Source: Candidatus Omnitrophota bacterium
GTDB taxonomy: Bacteria; Omnitrophota; Gorgyraeia; Gygaellales; Profunditerraquicolaceae
Direction: 5' to 3'
Assembly: GCA_003598135.1 (NCBI GenBank)
Contig: QZKA01000027.1
Coordinates: 84,788-148,787, forward strand
Length of the DNA stretch: 64,000 nt
Made by a program: the position numbers and the translations under genes. Below, piece after piece: positions 59,138 to 64,000 of this stretch (position 1 is its first letter; the number at the start of each line of letters is the position of its first letter). The notes beneath the pieces were generated by a model. That model was not told the DNA's origin and did not search any database. It worked only from the letters and a program-made list of their open reading frames with translations.

Positions 59138-59652
59138 CCTCTTTTATAGGCATCGGCTCAAATCTTGGCGACCGCGCACGTTATATTACCGTTGCCATCA
59201 GGCAGCTTAAAACACTTCCTATAACCCGCGTCAGCAAGATATCGCGGATAATCGAAACCCTGCCTCAGGAAGGGCCAGCGCAGGGGAAATTCTTGAATTG
59301 TGTCGTACAAATCGAAACAGAATTATTTCCGTACCAGTTGCTGCAAGCATTACAAAAAATCGAGGCATCGTTAGATCGTGTCCGTACTGTAAAGAATGCT
59401 CCACGCACCATTGACCTGGATATATTGTTATATGCCGATATTAGTATGCATGAGGAAGCGTTGTGTATTCCTCATCCCCGGATATTAAGACGTGCATTTG
59501 TGCTTGGCCCCTTAAAAGAAATAGCCCCTGATGTGGTAAACAGGCTTTTGGGCGCTGGAGGGAAGTGGAACAATTTAAAACGAAAAAAAGCTATTGTAAA
59601 GAAGGTCAGCATGCGCCAGAGGAAAACAAAAAACAACAGGCAACGTTCATGA
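59131..59652 (+). CDS. folK: 2-amino-4-hydroxy-6-hydroxymethyldihydropteridine diphosphokinase
   Basis: GIGSNLG, FLN, PRTIDLDIL, IPHPR, RAFVL. Confidence 0.95.
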   Translation: MVTSFIGIGSNLGDRARYITVAIRQLKTLPITRVSKISRIIETLPQEGPAQGKFLNCVVQIETELFPYQLLQALQKIEASLDRVRTVKNAPRTIDLDILLYADISMHEEALCIPHPRILRRAFVLGPLKEIAPDVVNRLLGAGGKWNNLKRKKAIVKKVSMRQRKTKNNRQRS

Positions 59653-60494
59653 AAATTATAAAGAAGATAAACGAAATGCAAACAATGGCGCTTGGGTTTC
59701 GCCGCCAGGGTAAGTCTGTGGGGTTTGTCCCTACTATGGGTGCTTTGCATGCAGGGCATCTCAGCCTTATTAGGAGGGCGCGCACCGATAACGACATAGT
59801 AGTAGTGAGTATTTTCATCAACCCTGCCCAGTTCGGCCGTGGGGAGGATTATAAGAGGTACCCGAGAAAGTTAAGACAGGATTACCAATTATGCAAGAAG
59901 GCAGGCGTTGATTTTATTTTCTGCCCTTCTCCGAGTTCAATGTACACACAAGACTATCAAACGTATGTTGAAGTTGTACGGTTAAGCGGACCGCTCTGCG
60001 GAAGATTTAGGCCTGGTCATTTTCGCGGAGTGGCTACTGTAGTCGCTAAGCTATTCCATATAGTTGAGCCAACCATTGCTTATTTTGGCTTAAAAGACGC
60101 GCAGCAGGCGCTGGTCGTAGATAGAATGATGCAGGACCTAAATTTTCCGGTTCGAATCAAGGTATTGCCTATAGCGCGGGAAAAAGACCTACTAGCGATG
60201 AGTTCGCGTAATGCCTACTTGAATGCGAGGCAGCGAAAAGAAGCAGCTATACTGCCTGAGGCGCTGCTGCTTGCTTATAAACTGGTAAAACAGGGCGAAA
60301 GGAACGCTTCTGTCGTGATTAGGAAAATGAGGGGCTTGATAAGAAGGGCAAAGGATGCTAAGGTTCAGTATATTTCCATAGTGGATGCAAAGAAACTCAA
60401 GCAGCAAAAAAAAATAAAAGGAAGAATCTTGGTTGCGCTCGCAGTGTGGTTTGGCAAAACAAGACTAATAGATAATATGTTGCTTTCCGCGTAG
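59649..60494 (+). CDS. panC: Pantoate--beta-alanine ligase
   Basis: VPTMGALHAGH, SIFINP-QF, RPGHF-GV, KDAQQ, MSSRN, RLIDN. Confidence 0.97.
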   Translation: MKIIKKINEMQTMALGFRRQGKSVGFVPTMGALHAGHLSLIRRARTDNDIVVVSIFINPAQFGRGEDYKRYPRKLRQDYQLCKKAGVDFIFCPSPSSMYTQDYQTYVEVVRLSGPLCGRFRPGHFRGVATVVAKLFHIVEPTIAYFGLKDAQQALVVDRMMQDLNFPVRIKVLPIAREKDLLAMSSRNAYLNARQRKEAAILPEALLLAYKLVKQGERNASVVIRKMRGLIRRAKDAKVQYISIVDAKKLKQQKKIKGRILVALAVWFGKTRLIDNMLLSA

Positions 60495-60505
60495 AGGTTA
60501 TTTGT

Positions 60506-61318
60506 ATGATAAAGATTGGAATCGTCGGTTGTGGGGCAATAGGTTCGTCTTTAGCGCGTAGCATCGTGGGCGATTTTAAACACAAAGCAGCGCTGGCAGC
60601 TTGTTATGACTCCGACCCGCAGAAATCGAAAAACCTGGCCTGTACCCTACACAAGCATTCTTTAGTTGCCAAGAGCCTTGGTGAGTTGATACGGAAATCG
60701 GATTTACTTATTGAGGCGACGTGCATGGCTGCTTCTTTCTCTATTGCGCAGAAGGCGATAAGGGCGAAAAAAGATATCATCGTCCTTAGCGTGGGAGGCC
60801 TTCTTACGCATGCCGTCCAGCTTTCTATTTTACTCACAAAACACAAATCCCGCGTATATCTGCCGTCAGGCGCAATCTGCGGCATTGATGGTTTAAAAGC
60901 GGCGGCGTGCGGGCGAATAACCAAGGTCACCCTGACTACAACAAAACACCCTCTTTCGCTTAAAGGCGCACCCTATTTTAAAAAGAGAAAGATTGATCTT
61001 GGCCGCATCACTAAGGAAAGGCTTGTTTTTCAAGGCAGCGCCTTGGAAGCAATTGAGGCATTTCCCCAGAATATCAACGTTGCAGCCGTCTTAAGTATGG
61101 CTGGATTGGGCCCGCAGAAAACACAAGTCAGAATAATTGCTTCCCCCCGGTCATTAAAGAATGTGCATGAGGTGCGCATTGAATCTGATGCGGCAACAAT
61201 TTGTACTCGTACTGAAAACGTGTTACACCCTAAGAATCCGAAGACGAGCTTTCTTGCGGTAGTATCAGCTTTGTCAGTTTTGAAACAGATAGTAAGCGGC
61301 TTGAAAATCGGGACCTAG
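60506..61318 (+). CDS. nadX: L-aspartate dehydrogenase
   Basis: GCGAIG, LSVG, PSGAI-GIDG, FPQNINVAA, NPKTS. Confidence 0.9.
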   Translation: MIKIGIVGCGAIGSSLARSIVGDFKHKAALAACYDSDPQKSKNLACTLHKHSLVAKSLGELIRKSDLLIEATCMAASFSIAQKAIRAKKDIIVLSVGGLLTHAVQLSILLTKHKSRVYLPSGAICGIDGLKAAACGRITKVTLTTTKHPLSLKGAPYFKKRKIDLGRITKERLVFQGSALEAIEAFPQNINVAAVLSMAGLGPQKTQVRIIASPRSLKNVHEVRIESDAATICTRTENVLHPKNPKTSFLAVVSALSVLKQIVSGLKIGT

Positions 61319-61377
61319 CGTAGTTGATTAGGAAATAACAGGAACAAAATTCTTTACGAAGGGAGGTGAAAAAATAT

Positions 61378-61623
61378 ATGGCAGAAAAACTGATGAAAGT
61401 AGGTATCAAAAGACAGAAGGGCTACCTCTACTATGTCGATAAAAAAGGCGATGTCTCCTGCGCAAAAATGGCAAGAGGCAGCAAAAAAGGAGGCAGCCCC
61501 AAGAAGGTAGCAAAGTGCGGTATTAAGAGAAAACCAGGCTACCTTTACTTCATTGACAAAAAAGGCGATGTCTCCTGCGCCAAGATGAAACGAGGCGGCA
61601 CAAAGAAGAGAAAGAAAAGATAA
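61378..61623 (+). CDS. Small highly basic protein with two 39-aa repeats (candidate nucleic-acid-binding protein)
   Basis: GGAGGTG RBS; 81 aa with 28 Lys+Arg; duplicated GIKR--GYLY--DKKGDVSCAKM-RG; hairpin downstream. Confidence 0.85.
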   Translation: MAEKLMKVGIKRQKGYLYYVDKKGDVSCAKMARGSKKGGSPKKVAKCGIKRKPGYLYFIDKKGDVSCAKMKRGGTKKRKKR

Positions 61624-61643
61624 GAGGAGCATTGCGTTGACCA

Positions 61644-61676
61644 TAAGCCCCTGTTGATAAAAACTACAGGGGCTTA
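61644..61676 (+). terminator. Terminator-like hairpin
   Basis: TAAGCCCCTGT-N11-ACAGGGGCTTA perfect 11-bp stem; weak U tail. Confidence 0.65.
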
Positions 61677-61692
61677 AGGTTTACTTGGTCTT

Positions 61693-63033
61693 ATGAAACT
61701 ATCCATTCCGCTTAAAATCAGGGCTTTATTTTTTATCGCATTGCTATTTTTCGCGCTCAGAATCCACACCTTTTATCTGTCGCATATAAATAATGATGAG
61801 TTGATCTACCTGGGATTGGCTCTGAAAATTGACACGTCTGGCCTTAAGGTTTTCGACGGCCGTTATAACATCTATAACCTTGACTTAAAAATCGGCAAAA
61901 ATTTTGTCGGTATAAAACCTACATCGGATAAGATGGGCACTTTGGCACAGCTCTTAAGGGTTGACGAGGGGGTAGAGTCGCTGCAATTATCCCACCACCC
62001 TCCGTTTTTGAGTTTTCTTCTTGCATTTTCGCACCGTATCTTTATGCCGGCCCGTATGTATGTAGCGAGTTTTAAGCGAATAAACACTGATGCGATATAC
62101 GCACAATGGTATGCCTGCAGTATTCCTTTTTTTGCAAGCCTTTTGACAATTTTTTTGGTATATTTACTCGGCCGGGCTTTTTTTTGCGAGCGGGTAGGAT
62201 TATTTGCCGCATTACTTCTTGTGATTACTCCCATTGATATGCTGACATCACAAAAAATATGGGCTGACAATTTAGTTGCCCTCTGTATCTCGCTTTCGGT
62301 TTACTCATACTGGCTTTCTCTTAAAAAGAACAGCATCACACTTGCAATTGTGTCTGGGGTATGTGCATGGCTGGCAATTTTAACAAAGCAATCGGGTATC
62401 CTTACCGTACCCCTGGTATTAGCATTGCATCATTTTTTTTATTTTAGAACCGGCTTTTCCCGGCTTCAATGGTTTTTTGAAAAAAAATTATTGTTTTTTC
62501 TCCTTGCGTTCGCCTTGCTTGCATCAGCCTGGGCAGCGATATATGTCAAACAGAACGGGTGGGCCGCATTGTGGCTTCACTATACCTCACAGTTTGCGTC
62601 AAAAGTAATTTTTCCGACTGATTTCATCAGGTTCGTAAATACCAGGCCTTGGTTTACTCACCTGGTGACGATTCCGTTTCAGCAGCCTCTTTATATCTTC
62701 ACCTATGCTTCTTTCTTGTACTTGATTAGAGATAAATCGTATCGTCGACAGCTGTTTCTTTTTTGCCTCTGGTTTTTGGTTTTTCTTATTCCGGCAATGC
62801 TGATGCAGGATAAAGAAGAGAGGTATCTGCTTCCTGCCTATCCTGCTATTTCTTTGCTTGCGTCTTATTCTTTTATAAGGGCTTGGGATGTCATTTCCGC
62901 CCGTTCGGACCGCTCGGCAATTTTCTGGAAACGACTCTTTCTGGTCTTGTTGTGCATCGCGTATCTGCAGGCATTTATGACCGGTTTGCCCGCGGTCTTT
63001 GCCCGCGTCAATCTCATCCCTATTCCTGTATAG
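61693..63033 (+). CDS. GT39/ArnT-like GT-C glycosyltransferase
   Basis: NNDE loop, HHPPFL, IWAD, LTKQSG, KEERYLLP; many TM segments. Confidence 0.78.
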   Translation: MKLSIPLKIRALFFIALLFFALRIHTFYLSHINNDELIYLGLALKIDTSGLKVFDGRYNIYNLDLKIGKNFVGIKPTSDKMGTLAQLLRVDEGVESLQLSHHPPFLSFLLAFSHRIFMPARMYVASFKRINTDAIYAQWYACSIPFFASLLTIFLVYLLGRAFFCERVGLFAALLLVITPIDMLTSQKIWADNLVALCISLSVYSYWLSLKKNSITLAIVSGVCAWLAILTKQSGILTVPLVLALHHFFYFRTGFSRLQWFFEKKLLFFLLAFALLASAWAAIYVKQNGWAALWLHYTSQFASKVIFPTDFIRFVNTRPWFTHLVTIPFQQPLYIFTYASFLYLIRDKSYRRQLFLFCLWFLVFLIPAMLMQDKEERYLLPAYPAISLLASYSFIRAWDVISARSDRSAIFWKRLFLVLLCIAYLQAFMTGLPAVFARVNLIPIPV

Positions 63034-63060
63034 CTTGAGTTGTCGAATACTAAAATAACT

Positions 63061-64000
63061 ATGAATGAATTTGAACACATCAAGATAAAAGGAGCAAGAG
63101 AACACAATCTCAAGAATATCGATCTTACCTTACCCCGTAATACACTTATTGTGGTTACCGGGCTATCCGGTTCAGGCAAGTCAAGCTTAGCATTTGACAC
63201 TATTTATGCGGAAGGGCAGAGGCGTTACGTGGAAAGCCTTTCTAGTTATGCACGGCAGTTCCTTGAGCAATTACAAAAGCCAGACGTCGATTATATTGAA
63301 GGTTTGTCTCCTGCCATCGCTATTGAGCAGCGCACCGCCGGCGGCAATCCGCGTTCTACGGTGGCAACGCAGACCGAGATCTATGATTACTTCAGGCTTC
63401 TTTTTGCACGCATCGGAAAAGTCTTTTGTTACCAATGCGGCAAACCCGTAGAGAAACAGACCTCCCAAGAAATCGTTTCAAAAATATTGTCTTTTCCGTC
63501 TGGCGCAGAAATACAGGTACTATCACCGCTGGTCAAAGGCAGAAAAGGACAACATAAGGATATATTCTCAAAGATTCAGAAAGCTGGGTTTACGAAAGTG
63601 CGCGTGGACGGCGAAATCCTGCAGGTGTCTGAAAAGCCGAAGCTTCAGAAATACAAAGTACATACTATTGAGATCGTGGTGGATAGGCTTCAGGCGAGGC
63701 CCCAGATAAAAAACAGGTTGACCGATTCGATTGAGACCGCGCTTAAGATGGGCAAAGGCACAACAATTATTTCTGTAAAAACCGATGGCCGCCAAAAAGA
63801 TTTTGTGTTCAGTGAACAGTTCAGCTGCCCTCACTGTGAAATTAGTTATGCGGAGATCGAGCCGCGCAATTTCTCTTTTAATTCTCCCTACGGGGCATGC
63901 CCCGAATGCAATGGATTAGGTACAAGGCTTGAGTTTGACCCAGACCTTGTAGTGCCGGATAGGAATAAATCCATCAGCGAAGGAGCGATTGCTGCTTGGA
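63061..64000 (+). CDS. uvrA: Excinuclease ABC subunit A, 3'-truncated
   Basis: My translation: MNEFEHIKIKGAREHNLKNI...TGLSGSGKSSLAFDTIYAEGQRRYVESLS...FSFNSPYGACPECNGLG; missing from the ORF track because it runs off the window. Confidence 0.97.
   Translation, partial: MNEFEHIKIKGAREHNLKNIDLTLPRNTLIVVTGLSGSGKSSLAFDTIYAEGQRRYVESLSSYARQFLEQLQKPDVDYIEGLSPAIAIEQRTAGGNPRSTVATQTEIYDYFRLLFARIGKVFCYQCGKPVEKQTSQEIVSKILSFPSGAEIQVLSPLVKGRKGQHKDIFSKIQKAGFTKVRVDGEILQVSEKPKLQKYKVHTIEIVVDRLQARPQIKNRLTDSIETALKMGKGTTIISVKTDGRQKDFVFSEQFSCPHCEISYAEIEPRNFSFNSPYGACPECNGLGTRLEFDPDLVVPDRNKSISEGAIAAW

Noticed and set aside
61354-61644. Minus-strand 96-aa hydrophobic ORF
   Set aside because: Antisense shadow of the Lys-rich gene, which has the RBS and the downstream hairpin.
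63194-63834. Short ORFs listed near the window end
   Set aside because: They are alternative frames within uvrA (63061 onward).

Overview
Bacterial chromosomal window (genetic code 11) in which every credible gene lies on the + strand. Gene content suggests a diderm, possibly a PVC-group organism such as Ca. Omnitrophota; this is an inference and was not tested. 1-27 kb is a surface-glycan/LPS locus: a CDP-3,6-dideoxyhexose pathway (rfbF, rfbG-like, rfbH, tyv-like, a further SDR) interleaved with about six GT-C-type polytopic glycosyltransferases, a B12 radical SAM enzyme, a polyprenol-phosphate GT2, O-antigen ligase, two GT9 enzymes, gmhB and a UgtP-like GT28. 27-44.5 kb holds priA, fmt, two tandem galT-family genes, gap, a membrane-fused SpeE-like protein, a small ORF, pgk, tpiA, secG, a peptide ABC transporter and rplM-rpsI. 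44.5-61.3 kb is an arg/lys/folK/panC/nadX superoperon with lemA-htpX inserted. The window ends with a tiny highly basic two-repeat protein, another GT-C gene and the 5' part of uvrA. No tRNA, rRNA, CRISPR array or transposase was seen. The most unusual non-coding signal is a family of intergenic elements at about 28.9-29.2, 36.0 and 56.8-57.2 kb. They are built from 6- and 7-bp periodic repeats that form long imperfect hairpins, and they carry a 20-bp palindrome (CCTGCCTACCGGCAGGCAGG type) that appears to have inserted into itself. Other highlights are a catalytically dead GalT paralogue, a PriA lacking Walker A, a type-I-toxin-like small ORF, an RfbH with altered Fe-S ligands and a candidate nucleoid protein.
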